Made by a program: the position numbers and the translations under genes. This document shows, piece after piece, positions 47,846-57,860 of a stretch of DNA of 64,000 nucleotides; position 1 is the first letter of the stretch; the number at the start of each line of letters is the position of its first letter. Source of the DNA: Bacteroidota bacterium (GTDB lineage: Bacteria; Bacteroidota; Bacteroidia; UKL13-3); assembly GCA_027488905.1 (NCBI GenBank), contig JAIYAT010000010.1, positions 21,061-85,060 on the forward strand, given 5' to 3'. The notes under the pieces are model-generated. The model made no database searches and was not told where the DNA came from. It saw only the letters and a program-made list of their open reading frames with translations.

Positions 47846-48583
47846 ATGAAAAACGCAGGTAATATACATCCAGATCCACAACGCTCAAGAATTCTTGGAG
47901 GCATTATCCTTATCCTTATTGGGGTATTGTTTTTTGCAAGAAAATTAGGCATCGAGATGCCAGATTGGTTGTTTACTTGGCCCATGTTTTTAATTGGTTT
48001 AGGATTGTACATCAGTGCCAAGCATAATTTTAGAAATCCAGGTGGATACATTTTGATGCTGATAGGGGGCGTTTTCTTAAGCGAACGCTTTTATCCAGAA
48101 ATTCAAATTCATGAATTCTTTTGGCCTACTTTTCTAATTGTTATGGGAATCGTTTTGTTGTTTAAACCCAGAAGAAACAAAAATGCCGATTTTATGGCTT
48201 GGGATAGCAAAAACAATTGTATGGTGGCTACCGATTCTACAGACCAAACCATAGAAGTAAACAGTATCTTAGCAGGGGTAAAAAGAAACATCTTAACCAA
48301 AGATTTTAAAGGAGGAGAGGTTAATTGCATTATGGGTGGTGCAGAACTCAATTTTGCACATGCAGCCATTACGGGTACAGCAGTATTAGAAATGAACCAA
48401 GTTTTTGGTGGAGCCAAAATTATTGTTCCTGCCAATTGGGAAATTATCTCAGAAATTACAGTCGTTTTAGGTGGGGTAGAAGATAAAAGACAAGTTATCG
48501 GTAACTTCAACCAAGAACAAAAATCAGTGCTTATTCTTAAGGGAGTTTGCGTGTTTGGAGGAATTGATATCAGAAGTTATTAA
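47846..48583 (+). CDS. LiaF-like cell-envelope stress protein (membrane N-domain plus beta-rich C-domain)
   Basis: Four N-terminal TM segments, C-terminal LiaF-like repeat region (GGAELNFAHAAITG...FGGAKIIVPANW); sits upstream of a LytS/LytTR pair. Confidence 0.55.
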   Translation: MKNAGNIHPDPQRSRILGGIILILIGVLFFARKLGIEMPDWLFTWPMFLIGLGLYISAKHNFRNPGGYILMLIGGVFLSERFYPEIQIHEFFWPTFLIVMGIVLLFKPRRNKNADFMAWDSKNNCMVATDSTDQTIEVNSILAGVKRNILTKDFKGGEVNCIMGGAELNFAHAAITGTAVLEMNQVFGGAKIIVPANWEIISEITVVLGGVEDKRQVIGNFNQEQKSVLILKGVCVFGGIDIRSY

Positions 48584-48603
48584 TTATATAAACCAAGGCC
48601 TAT

Positions 48604-48969
48604 ATGAAGTTATTTCTAGCAAAAATCATCTATAAGATCGTAAAACCCTTTGAGGAAGGGTTTGAGCAATTTGATGAACAACTTTGTTTTGTAAATGCCC
48701 GCGATTTACATGAAGCCTTTTTTAAGGCCAGGATGTTAGGTGTTAAAAATGAAGATGAGGTAAAGCACGAAAGTGGTTCTTCCATCCTTTGGAAATTCAT
48801 TGATGTTCCCTTTCTCAAAGAAATTACCTCTTTCGAAGACGGCTTAGAGTTACATTCTGCAGTTCTAGAGAAAGAGGCCTCAGAGTTTTATGAAAAGTTT
48901 ATAAAGGCAAGGGCCTCAGAGTTGCAATCCTCAATAGAATTAGGCTTGCAACCTTTATTGTCGTCGTGA
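48604..48969 (+). CDS. Hypothetical protein
   Basis: ORF only. Confidence 0.35.
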   Translation: MKLFLAKIIYKIVKPFEEGFEQFDEQLCFVNARDLHEAFFKARMLGVKNEDEVKHESGSSILWKFIDVPFLKEITSFEDGLELHSAVLEKEASEFYEKFIKARASELQSSIELGLQPLLSS

Positions 48970-49997
48970 TACTTGAGATATCCTTAAAACGAGGCCTCAT
49001 TGGCTTTAGCAGCTTTTGGCTACTATGGCTATTTATCCATTTTTATGTATTAATGGATTTTGAAATTCCTATTGGCATTGCCTTTACAGATGCCTTGGTT
49101 TCGCAAAGTTTTTTTCTGCTCATTGCCAGCATTTTATTTCTTACCCTAAAATACTATCAACCTACAGAAGGTAATTTCTTTTACCTGCGCATTTGGTCCT
49201 TACTTTTAGCTACTGGTGCTACTGCAGGCAGCTATGAAATTTTAAAGTTTCGGTTTGAACCAAACACCCTTTACACCAAATTTTTATACGACTCTGTCAC
49301 CATTCGATTCTTGTTTCAAGTATTAATGGTAGGCATGGTTACTGTTTTACTTTGGTTAGTAAATTTTCATAGACAAGATAAAAGCCTAAACGAGCGAAAA
49401 CAAATGCTAGAAGATGCAGCCAAAGATGCAGAGTTATATAATTTACGCCAACAGCTACAACCTCATTTTTTGTTTAATAGCCTTAATTCAATAAGCGCAT
49501 TGGCAGGCTCCAAGCCTGAGTTAGCAAGGTCTATGATTCAACAACTCTCAGAATTTTTGAGGCATACCTTAAACAAAGACGATAAGCAATTGGTGAGCCT
49601 AAAAGAAGAGTTGCACCAACTCAATTTATATTTACAAATAGAAAAGGTAAGGTTTGGACATCGCCTACTTACCTCGGTTCAAACCGACCCAAACTGCGAA
49701 GGCCTTATGCTGCCTGTTTTGGTGTTGCAGCCTTTGGTAGAAAATGCCATTAAGTTTGGTTTATATGATACCTTATATGAAGTTTTAATTGCAGTGAAGG
49801 CTAGTTGCAACGAGGGCAAATTAGTAGTGGAAATAACTAATCCATTCGACCCTGCAAGTTCTAAGGCTGCTGCAGGTACGGGTTTTGGTTTAGCTTCCAT
49901 TCGCCGAAGATTATACCTTATTTATGCGCGTAATGATTTGGTTGAAACCTTTGCACAAGACAACCTATATGTCGCTAGAATTACCATTCCACAATGA
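48966..49997 (+). CDS. Sensor histidine kinase (LytS/2TM type)
   Basis: N-terminal TM helices; H-box LQPHFLFNSLNSI; HATPase region (VENAIKFG). Confidence 0.8.
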   Translation: MILEISLKRGLIGFSSFWLLWLFIHFYVLMDFEIPIGIAFTDALVSQSFFLLIASILFLTLKYYQPTEGNFFYLRIWSLLLATGATAGSYEILKFRFEPNTLYTKFLYDSVTIRFLFQVLMVGMVTVLLWLVNFHRQDKSLNERKQMLEDAAKDAELYNLRQQLQPHFLFNSLNSISALAGSKPELARSMIQQLSEFLRHTLNKDDKQLVSLKEELHQLNLYLQIEKVRFGHRLLTSVQTDPNCEGLMLPVLVLQPLVENAIKFGLYDTLYEVLIAVKASCNEGKLVVEITNPFDPASSKAAAGTGFGLASIRRRLYLIYARNDLVETFAQDNLYVARITIPQ

Positions 49998-50734
49998 TGA
50001 AAAAATATACCTGCTTAGTTATTGATGATGAACCCTTGGCCAGAATATTGGTATTGGAATACCTTCAAAGTTTTGAAAACATAGAAGTGCTTGCAGAGTG
50101 CAATGATGGTTTTGAAGGCATGAAGGCCATTGCTACCTTAAAGCCAGATTTCATTTTCTTAGACATTCAAATGCCAAAAATCAATGGCTTTGAGCTCTTA
50201 GAGTTACTCGAAGAACCTCCTGCGGTGATATTCACTACAGCATTTGATGATTATGCCATGAAGGCATTTGAAGCCAATGCAATCGATTACCTGCTCAAGC
50301 CATTTAGCAAAGATAGATTTGAAAAGGCTGTTACAAAAGTGCTGACGCAATTAGGTTCAAGCCAACAAAACACAGCCTTAACGGCGGTAACAGAAGACTA
50401 CCTAGAGAAGCAAGATACATTAACAAGGATAGTAGTAAAACACAACCATGTAGTAAGAATATTAGCCTTGCAAGAGCTGCTTTACTTAGAAGCCTATGGT
50501 GATTACATTAAATTACACACAGCAGAAGGTGTATTCCTTAAGAAGAAAACCATGAGTTTTTTTGAGACACACCTCAGCGAAAAAGAATTCATACGCGTGC
50601 ACCGCAGTTATATTATTCCAACGCAGGCAATTGTAAAAATAGACCCACCCGATTTTGTCATCTTAAAAGGTGGAAGTAAAATCCCTATTAGTAAAACTGG
50701 TTATGTTAAATTAAAGCAAGTCCTAGGTATGTAG
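49994..50734 (+). CDS. LytTR-family response regulator
   Basis: REC domain (LVIDDEP...DIQMP) plus C-terminal LytTR DNA-binding domain. Confidence 0.85.
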   Translation: MMKKYTCLVIDDEPLARILVLEYLQSFENIEVLAECNDGFEGMKAIATLKPDFIFLDIQMPKINGFELLELLEEPPAVIFTTAFDDYAMKAFEANAIDYLLKPFSKDRFEKAVTKVLTQLGSSQQNTALTAVTEDYLEKQDTLTRIVVKHNHVVRILALQELLYLEAYGDYIKLHTAEGVFLKKKTMSFFETHLSEKEFIRVHRSYIIPTQAIVKIDPPDFVILKGGSKIPISKTGYVKLKQVLGM

Positions 50735-53464
50735 TTAGATGTCAAAAGCCTTATCCATAATGGCTTGTTGTTCTTTCGCATGTACTTTGCTATAGCCAGT
50801 TGCAGGGGAAGCACTCGATTCTCTAGAAATTCTTTTTAGCTTTAAGTTTTGATCCCAACGCAATAAGTATAACCAAGCGCCCATGTTTTTAGGTTCTTCT
50901 TGTACCCAACAAATTTCTGCTTTAGCATATTTTGCATACAAATCTGCCAATTGGTTTTCTGGCATTGGATACAATTGTTCTAACCTTACAATAGCCACAT
51001 CTTTGCGTTGGTCTTTTTGTTGGCGCTCTAAAAGCTCATAGTATATTTTTCCAGTGCATAACAATACACGTTTTACCTTCTTGGTATCCACAAAGGTGTC
51101 GTCTATTAACTCTTGAAAATGTCCTTGGGTAAAATCTTCCAATTTACTCACACAACCCGGATGGCGCAACAAGCTCTTTGGAGACATCACTACCAAAGGC
51201 AAGCGAATGTCTTTGTGTTTTACTTGTCTTCTTAAGGCATGAAAATAATTAGCAGGCGTGGTGATGTTACAAACTTGCATGTTCCAATTGGCACACAGTT
51301 GTAAGAATCTTTCTAACCTAGCAGAAGAGTGTTCTGGTCCTTGACCTTCGTAACCATGCGGCAGCAATAATGTAAGTCCGCTAAAGGTTTTCCATTTAGT
51401 GGCAGCACTTGCTAGGTATTGGTCGATGATGATTTGCGCACCATTGGCAAAATCGCCAAACTGGGCTTCCCAAATGGTAAGGTCATTAGGTCTAATCATG
51501 CTAAAGCCATATTCAAAACCAAGCACAGCATATTCACTCAACAAAGAGTTATAGAACTTAACACCAGCATTGTTTAAGTCTCCAAGGTTATCAAAGATAT
51601 TGAAGCTTTTTTCTGAGTCTTCTTGTTTAATGATTGCATGTCTATGGCTAAAAGTACCACGCTCACAATCTTGACCAGTCATGCGCACATGATGTCCTTC
51701 ATGGGTAAGGGTTGCATAAGCCATTAGCTCGCCCATGGCCCAATCATAATTGTCGTTAGCAATCATGTTTTTGCGGTCTTTAAACAATTTTTCAATCTTG
51801 TTAAAGGCCTTGAACCCATCAGGAATATTGGTAAGAAGATTTGCAAGGTTTAGGAAGTTATCTTTAGCCACAGCAGTGCCATCAGATTTTAAGAAATCTT
51901 CTTGGTTAGCAGGTCTAAAGCCATCCCATAAGTTTTGCAAGAAATTTTTAGGTTTAGAAGGTTCAGCTCCTTTTGCGCTTTCTAGTTTCTCTTGTAATAA
52001 CTTCCTAAAAGAGCTTTCCATTTCCTTTGCTAGTTCGGCTTCTACACTCCCATTGGCCAGCAATTTTTGGTTGTAAAGTTCTCTTGGATTCGCATGCGTT
52101 GAAATGGCTTTGTACAAAACAGGTTGTGTAAACCTAGGTTCATCGCCTTCGTTATGGCCATATTTTCTATAGCCTAATAAATCTATGAATACATCGCTAT
52201 TAAACTCTTGGCGGTATTCCATGGCCAATTTAACGGTAAACACTACAGCTTCTACGTCATCTGCATTTACATGAAACACAGGGCATAAAGTAGTTTTGGC
52301 TACATCTGTGCAATAGGTAGAAGTTCTGGCATCGATGTAATTGGTGGTAAAACCAATTTGGTTATTGGCAACAATATGAATGCAGCCACCTACCGAGTAG
52401 GCTTTTAATCCGGCCATTTGTAATACTTCATACACAATGCCTTGGCCGGCAACAGAAGCATCTCCATGAATAAGAATTGGTGCAATTTTATCTTCATCAC
52501 TTTGGTGGGCAAATTCCATTTTAGCCCTAGTTATTCCTTTTACAACAGGATTAACGGTTTCTAAGTGTGAAGGATTAGGACTTAAACTCAAATGAACTTT
52601 TTTACCATTGCTGGTAGTAATATCCGATGTATACCCTAAGTGGTATTTCACATCGCCTTCAAAAATGCCTTCGTCTTCGGCGGCTTTTCCTTCAAATTCT
52701 TTAAAAATATCTTCATAGGTTTTACCTAGAATATTCGCCAAAACATTTAAACGACCACGATGCGCCATACCGAGCACAAATTCTTCAACGCCAAGGTCGG
52801 CACCATATTCTATCACAGAATCAAGTGCAGGAATTAAGGTTTCCAAACCTTCTAAGCTAAAACGTTTTTGGCCCACAAATTTTGTGTGCAAGAAGTTTTC
52901 AAAAACAGAAGCTTGATTGAGTTTAGAAAGCACATTTCTTTTTTGGTCGATAGAAAGTTGAGGAGTGTTGCGACTACTTTCCATTTTCTGTTTGAGCCAA
53001 GAGATTTTTTTAGGCTCACGCACATACATAAACTCTGCGCCAATGCTTTGGCAATAGGTTTGTTGTAGAAGCGCTATAATATCTTTAAGTTTGGCTGAAC
53101 CTAATCCTACTTCTGTTCCCGCATTAAAAGCCTTTTCTAAATCGGCTTGGTTCAAACCGAAATTTTCTATGGCCAAAGTTGGCTCATATTTTCTGCGCTC
53201 GCGCACTGGGTTTGTTTTGGTAAAAAGATGGCCTCTACTTCTGTATCCTTGAATAAGGTTAAGTACATTTATTTCTTTCAATACATCCTCAGAAACTGCA
53301 GTACCTTGTTTGCCATTGCTATATTTTTGGTTATACCCAAAATCAAAACCTTCGAAAAACTTCTTCCAACCAAAATCTACAGATTCTGGGTCATTCAGGT
53401 ATTGTTGATGTAAATTGTCAATGGCAGAAACGTCTGCATTTGAGAGGTAAGAGAATTGGTCCAT
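50735..53464 (-). CDS. sucA: 2-oxoglutarate dehydrogenase E1 component
   Basis: 909 aa; N-terminus MDQFSYLSNADVSAIDNLHQQYLNDPESVDFGWKKFFEGFDF characteristic of SucA; TPP-binding region. Confidence 0.9.
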   Translation of the reverse strand: MDQFSYLSNADVSAIDNLHQQYLNDPESVDFGWKKFFEGFDFGYNQKYSNGKQGTAVSEDVLKEINVLNLIQGYRSRGHLFTKTNPVRERRKYEPTLAIENFGLNQADLEKAFNAGTEVGLGSAKLKDIIALLQQTYCQSIGAEFMYVREPKKISWLKQKMESSRNTPQLSIDQKRNVLSKLNQASVFENFLHTKFVGQKRFSLEGLETLIPALDSVIEYGADLGVEEFVLGMAHRGRLNVLANILGKTYEDIFKEFEGKAAEDEGIFEGDVKYHLGYTSDITTSNGKKVHLSLSPNPSHLETVNPVVKGITRAKMEFAHQSDEDKIAPILIHGDASVAGQGIVYEVLQMAGLKAYSVGGCIHIVANNQIGFTTNYIDARTSTYCTDVAKTTLCPVFHVNADDVEAVVFTVKLAMEYRQEFNSDVFIDLLGYRKYGHNEGDEPRFTQPVLYKAISTHANPRELYNQKLLANGSVEAELAKEMESSFRKLLQEKLESAKGAEPSKPKNFLQNLWDGFRPANQEDFLKSDGTAVAKDNFLNLANLLTNIPDGFKAFNKIEKLFKDRKNMIANDNYDWAMGELMAYATLTHEGHHVRMTGQDCERGTFSHRHAIIKQEDSEKSFNIFDNLGDLNNAGVKFYNSLLSEYAVLGFEYGFSMIRPNDLTIWEAQFGDFANGAQIIIDQYLASAATKWKTFSGLTLLLPHGYEGQGPEHSSARLERFLQLCANWNMQVCNITTPANYFHALRRQVKHKDIRLPLVVMSPKSLLRHPGCVSKLEDFTQGHFQELIDDTFVDTKKVKRVLLCTGKIYYELLERQQKDQRKDVAIVRLEQLYPMPENQLADLYAKYAKAEICWVQEEPKNMGAWLYLLRWDQNLKLKRISRESSASPATGYSKVHAKEQQAIMDKAFDI

Positions 53465-53545
53465 ACTTTATGGTTTGGTAAACGAACCGCGAAGATAGAA
53501 AAATCATGCATTTAAAGCAGTTTCTCTAAGAAATTACAAAGAATG

Positions 53546-54868
53546 CTAATTTGCTGAAAGCCAATCTATCAAATCTTTTATGAAATAATCTGGAATGTTT
53601 CCAATCATAAAATATTCTGAATAAGTGGATTCTGCGCCACCCGAATAAAAGAGGTGGTTAAGTTTTGGGTAGTTTTTAATGGTTACGTTAGACTGTTTGC
53701 CTAATTCTTTTTTCCAGCCAGCAAGATTTTCCATATTTACTTGGTAATCTCTATCACCATGCATGATGAGTATGGGTATTTTTAGTTTTTTAGCCATTTC
53801 AACATGTGGGTATTTATTTAGCCAAATCCAATAGGTGGCTTGCACCTCATAAGGCATTTTATAATGCTCTGTTAGCGGGTTCAGTTTTTTATTCATGCTA
53901 TACAAAGCCTTTTCTTTTTGTTCTATAAATTCTTCTTTTTTGTCTGGTGTAACATAAGATAAATAATCATATTGGTCCATCATCATTTCCTGTGTGCGTT
54001 TGTAATTAGTGCCTAGCATTGCAATCCCTTTTACTTCTTTTCTTTCCTTGGCAACTAATGGTAAAAGCATTCCACCTTGCCCATGGCCTAATAAGTAAAT
54101 TCTACTAGGGTCAACCTCCGAAAAAGTGAGCAAGGTGTCTATTGCTTTGTAGAGGTCATCTAAATATTCTTCCCTGCAAGTGTAATTTTCATAGGCATTT
54201 TTTGCGGTAAGTAATATGTTTTGGTAATGGAGTGAGCGTTTGTCGTACCTAAAAGTACAATATCCATTGCTTGCCACGGCATTAGCTAAATCACGGTAAG
54301 GTTTATTTTCGCCATAGCTACCATCTCTGTCGGTTGGACCAGATTCTGGTAAAATAATTACCAATGGATGTTTGCCTGGGTTATTAGGTGCAGTAAAAAT
54401 ACTTGGTAACTCAAAGATGCCATTATTTATTTTAAAATGCCTTTCGGTATATTTTGACACATCTACATATTCCGGTGAGACATACACTTTATGTGCAGGA
54501 ATAAAACCAATCATAACAATTTTTCTATCCGGGTTAAACCCTAAGTTTAAGACATACGGAAGGGATTCAAAACTTAGTTTATAACTAATAAAATGAGAAC
54601 CTTGGTAATTGCCGTAAAATATAGGCCTAACACTTTCTAACTTACCATAGGTGCCTACAAGTTCGTTCCAATCTCCTTCAAAAGTTATGGCATTGTAGCT
54701 ATTCAAATAAATAGTATCTCTTGCATCACTAATTTTTTGAAACTGATTAGTTTTAAAATACTCAATAATGGTTTTGCCCAAAGAATCTGCCATTTCGAAG
54801 TCGCGCGATTGGGCAATGCTTAATTTGCTAAAAGCAACAAGAATTAGTAGCCATAAGAATTTTCTCAT
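53546..54868 (-). CDS. Secreted alpha/beta-hydrolase (S9/dienelactone-hydrolase-like)
   Basis: Signal peptide; nucleophile-elbow-like LLGHGQGG; C-terminal catalytic His context. Confidence 0.55.
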   Translation of the reverse strand: MRKFLWLLILVAFSKLSIAQSRDFEMADSLGKTIIEYFKTNQFQKISDARDTIYLNSYNAITFEGDWNELVGTYGKLESVRPIFYGNYQGSHFISYKLSFESLPYVLNLGFNPDRKIVMIGFIPAHKVYVSPEYVDVSKYTERHFKINNGIFELPSIFTAPNNPGKHPLVIILPESGPTDRDGSYGENKPYRDLANAVASNGYCTFRYDKRSLHYQNILLTAKNAYENYTCREEYLDDLYKAIDTLLTFSEVDPSRIYLLGHGQGGMLLPLVAKERKEVKGIAMLGTNYKRTQEMMMDQYDYLSYVTPDKKEEFIEQKEKALYSMNKKLNPLTEHYKMPYEVQATYWIWLNKYPHVEMAKKLKIPILIMHGDRDYQVNMENLAGWKKELGKQSNVTIKNYPKLNHLFYSGGAESTYSEYFMIGNIPDYFIKDLIDWLSAN

Positions 54869-54890
54869 GACACAAAGGTAGGGAGCTAGT

Positions 54891-55649
54891 TTATAAATTA
54901 TTATTTAATAATGCAGCTTCGCACACTTTTTGGTAAACCTTATTTTGATGCACTTCTTGCAATAATTCTTGGTGCTTAATGTTGTGAGTGTCTGAACCTA
55001 CCAAGTCAACTAAATTGTTGTTGACCAAATAAATTGCCGCATCTTGAACGGGTTTTGAATAATAGCCAAGGCAAGAAAGCATGTTCATTTGCAATAAAAT
55101 TCCTTGGTCTTTTAAATCATGAAACCTACTGCGGTCATCATTGTAATATAGATATCTTTCTGGATGAGCCAATACAGGTGTGAACCCTGCAATCTGCAAT
55201 TCAAATAAACATGAAGCTAGATTCCTTGGCTCATTCATAAAAGGTAATTCTACCAAAACATGTTTACCAGTTGGACCAAATGTTAGTAATTCGCCCTTTT
55301 CAATTTTCTTTTCAAAGCCGTCGTCAATCAAGTATTCTGCTGCGCAGTCTAATTCTAACTCAATATTATTTTCTTTGAGTCTTTTCCTGATTTCATCTCT
55401 GATTGGAAAGAGATTTTCCTTGCTGTTTTTGTAAAAATCACTCATGATATGCGGCGTGGTGATTACCTTACGCATACCGAGCTTTGCAAAACCTTCTAAT
55501 ATTTCTAGGCTTTGCTCTATGGTTTCACAGCCATCATCCACACCAAAAATGAGATGTGAGTGAAACTCTACTTGTATGGGATTAACAAAAGGTGCAGCAT
55601 TTCTATCTGCACCTTTTGTTCCGCTAAATAATTTGCTAAAAAATGACAA
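54891..55649 (-). CDS. cpsB: PHP-domain tyrosine-protein phosphatase (CpsB/YwqE-like)
   Basis: EFHSHLIFGVDDG metal-binding motif and PHP-like length. Confidence 0.65.
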   Translation of the reverse strand: MSFFSKLFSGTKGADRNAAPFVNPIQVEFHSHLIFGVDDGCETIEQSLEILEGFAKLGMRKVITTPHIMSDFYKNSKENLFPIRDEIRKRLKENNIELELDCAAEYLIDDGFEKKIEKGELLTFGPTGKHVLVELPFMNEPRNLASCLFELQIAGFTPVLAHPERYLYYNDDRSRFHDLKDQGILLQMNMLSCLGYYSKPVQDAAIYLVNNNLVDLVGSDTHNIKHQELLQEVHQNKVYQKVCEAALLNNNL

Positions 55650-55651
55650 GG

Positions 55652-56629
55652 TTATACGTTTTCTAAAAACTCTTTTAATGACGCGATATTTGGAACATTG
55701 AGTGAATCAACACGTCTATGATCTGCTACTAGTAGACTCAACCAGTCAAGTCTGTGAATGGTTTGATAAACAGAAGCAAAATTAAATTGCTCAACACCCA
55801 TTTCTATTACTTTATGGTTTTCAACTTCTAATAAGCCATTCAAGAATTCGAATCTTGAACCAACTCTTGGATTGCTGTTAGAATTTAAGAAAAAGAACAC
55901 GGTATCCAATGTGCCATAATAGCTTTCAATTACATTGTGATTATGTTCAGGAAGCACATGAGTAAAACATTCGTGCTTTGCATTTTCTTGCACCTGTTGC
56001 GCAAAACGAGTGGCAACTGCTTCAAATTGAGCATCACTTAACACAACATATTTTGAGTTTACTTTGCTTTTGATGGCTTCAAAAACTTCTTCTGCATCTT
56101 GTTGGTAAGGGTCGCAATTGTCGAATAAGCTTGAAACTTTTTTCATTTCTTCGCGTGCATCTCTTCCTATAAGTTCTGCAAAAATTAACACCAAGTAGCT
56201 CAAAGAGTAGCCTAAAGCCATTCTAGGTTGAACACCAGGTTCTATGAAGTAACTTTTTAAATTGTTCTCTTTAACTAGATTGCCCAATTTACCACCACTA
56301 GTCAAGACCAACATTTGGCTTCCTCTTTTCTTAACTTCGTCAAACATGGCCAAGGTTTCTTCTGTATTGCCGCTGTATGAGCCAAGAATTACCAATGTTT
56401 TTTCATTCACGTAGGCTGGTAAGGTATAATCAGCGATTACCTCAACAGGCAATGGAAATTCATCCATGAATAGGGTTTTAACAATGCGACCACCAATGCC
56501 GCTGCCACCTAAACCACCAATTAATATATTTGAAAACTGATTGGCTGCTAAGCCATGATTGCTAAAATTTTCTACAGCAAAGTTAATTTGATAACCAAAT
56601 TTCCTCAATGCTTCGTGTTGTGGATTCAT
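55652..56629 (-). CDS. SIS-domain sugar-phosphate isomerase (bifunctional PGI/PMI-like)
   Basis: SIS motifs (IGGLGGSGIGGR; ILGSYSGNTEETL; LTSGGKL). Confidence 0.5.
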   Translation of the reverse strand: MNPQHEALRKFGYQINFAVENFSNHGLAANQFSNILIGGLGGSGIGGRIVKTLFMDEFPLPVEVIADYTLPAYVNEKTLVILGSYSGNTEETLAMFDEVKKRGSQMLVLTSGGKLGNLVKENNLKSYFIEPGVQPRMALGYSLSYLVLIFAELIGRDAREEMKKVSSLFDNCDPYQQDAEEVFEAIKSKVNSKYVVLSDAQFEAVATRFAQQVQENAKHECFTHVLPEHNHNVIESYYGTLDTVFFFLNSNSNPRVGSRFEFLNGLLEVENHKVIEMGVEQFNFASVYQTIHRLDWLSLLVADHRRVDSLNVPNIASLKEFLENV

Positions 56630-56653
56630 ATTTGTATTTCCTAAGTTTAAAAA

Positions 56654-57520
56654 TTAATGATTATTTAACAATCCTAAAAGGTATTTGCCATAGCCACTTT
56701 TCAGGTATTTTTTGCCTTCTCTTTCCAATCCAGCTATGTCTAACCAACCCATGCGAAAGGCTACTTCTTCAATGCAACCAATCTTCCAACCTTGGCGGTC
56801 TTCAATAACTTGCACAAACTGCCCAGCTTGCATCAACGATTCAAAAGTACCCGTATCTAACCAAGCAGTACCTCTGCGCAAAACGCCTACTTTTAGTAAG
56901 CCTCTTTCAAGGTAATATTTATTTATATCGGTAATTTCTAACTCGCCACGAGGCGAAGGTTTAATGTTTTTTGCCACTTCCACCACCGAATTATCATAGA
57001 AATAAAGTCCTGGTACAGCGTAATTTGATTTAGGTTCAGTTGGTTTTTCCTCAATGCTTAAGGCTTTCATGTCTTTGTCAAATTCCACTACCCCATAGCG
57101 TTCTGGGTCGTTTACATGGTAGGCAAAAACCACCCCACCTTCAGGGTCATTATTGCTTTGTAGGAGCTCGCTCAAACCTGCGCTATAAAAAATATTATCG
57201 CCTAAAACCAATGCAACTTTATCGTCGCCAATAAACTTTTCGCCTATGATAAACGCCTGAGCCAAACCATCTGGCGAGGGTTGTACCGCATATTCAAACC
57301 TGCACCCAATTTGAGAGCCATCCCCTAAAAGTTTAACAAACCCATCTTGGTCGTGAGGGGTTGTAATAATTAAGATTTCTCTAATTCCAGCAAGCATCAA
57401 AGTGCTTAGCGGGTAGTAAATCATAGGTTTGTCATAAACAGGCATCAATTGCTTACTAACTGCAATTGTAAGTGGATGCAAGCGAGTTCCGCTGCCTCCT
57501 GCTAAAATTATTCCTTTCAT
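56654..57520 (-). CDS. rfbA: Glucose-1-phosphate thymidylyltransferase (start at MKGII; ORF track extends to 57619)
   Basis: [18 protein letters not shown]...; 288 aa from the internal ATG, matching RmlA length. Confidence 0.85.
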   Translation of the reverse strand: MKGIILAGGSGTRLHPLTIAVSKQLMPVYDKPMIYYPLSTLMLAGIREILIITTPHDQDGFVKLLGDGSQIGCRFEYAVQPSPDGLAQAFIIGEKFIGDDKVALVLGDNIFYSAGLSELLQSNNDPEGGVVFAYHVNDPERYGVVEFDKDMKALSIEEKPTEPKSNYAVPGLYFYDNSVVEVAKNIKPSPRGELEITDINKYYLERGLLKVGVLRRGTAWLDTGTFESLMQAGQFVQVIEDRQGWKIGCIEEVAFRMGWLDIAGLEREGKKYLKSGYGKYLLGLLNNH

Positions 57521-57860
57521 TATTGGGTCAACTGAGCGCGCAATATAGACGATATTCCTATTTTGGCAAAACGCTAGTTCGCTTTTGGTGGTTGGCTTTT
57601 GGCGATTTGCTTCTGGCAACTAGCATTTAGCTTCGGGCAGTTGGCTAGTGGCAAAAGAAACTGCTAGGGAATTTAGCTGCTCATACTGACCCGGAGGGGT
57701 CGCACATTGATTTGGGTGTGGGATTGTTGGTATGGAATAGTTTCAATTGACATTTAGTTCATCAATAAACTAAAATTGTTGATATTCCTTAATATCAGTT
57801 ACCCAGCAAAAAACTAAAAATATCCTTTTTTGCGTTATTCTACCACCAAACCTTATTCCC

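Noticed and set aside
57520-57620. Cluster of TTGGC/GCCAA words (ttggcttttggcgatttgcttctggcaac...ttggctagtggc) upstream of rfbA
   Set aside because: It is suggestive of repeated half-sites. However, it is a single locus with no clear spacing periodicity and the ORF track reads through it. I cannot support a regulatory call from the sequence alone.
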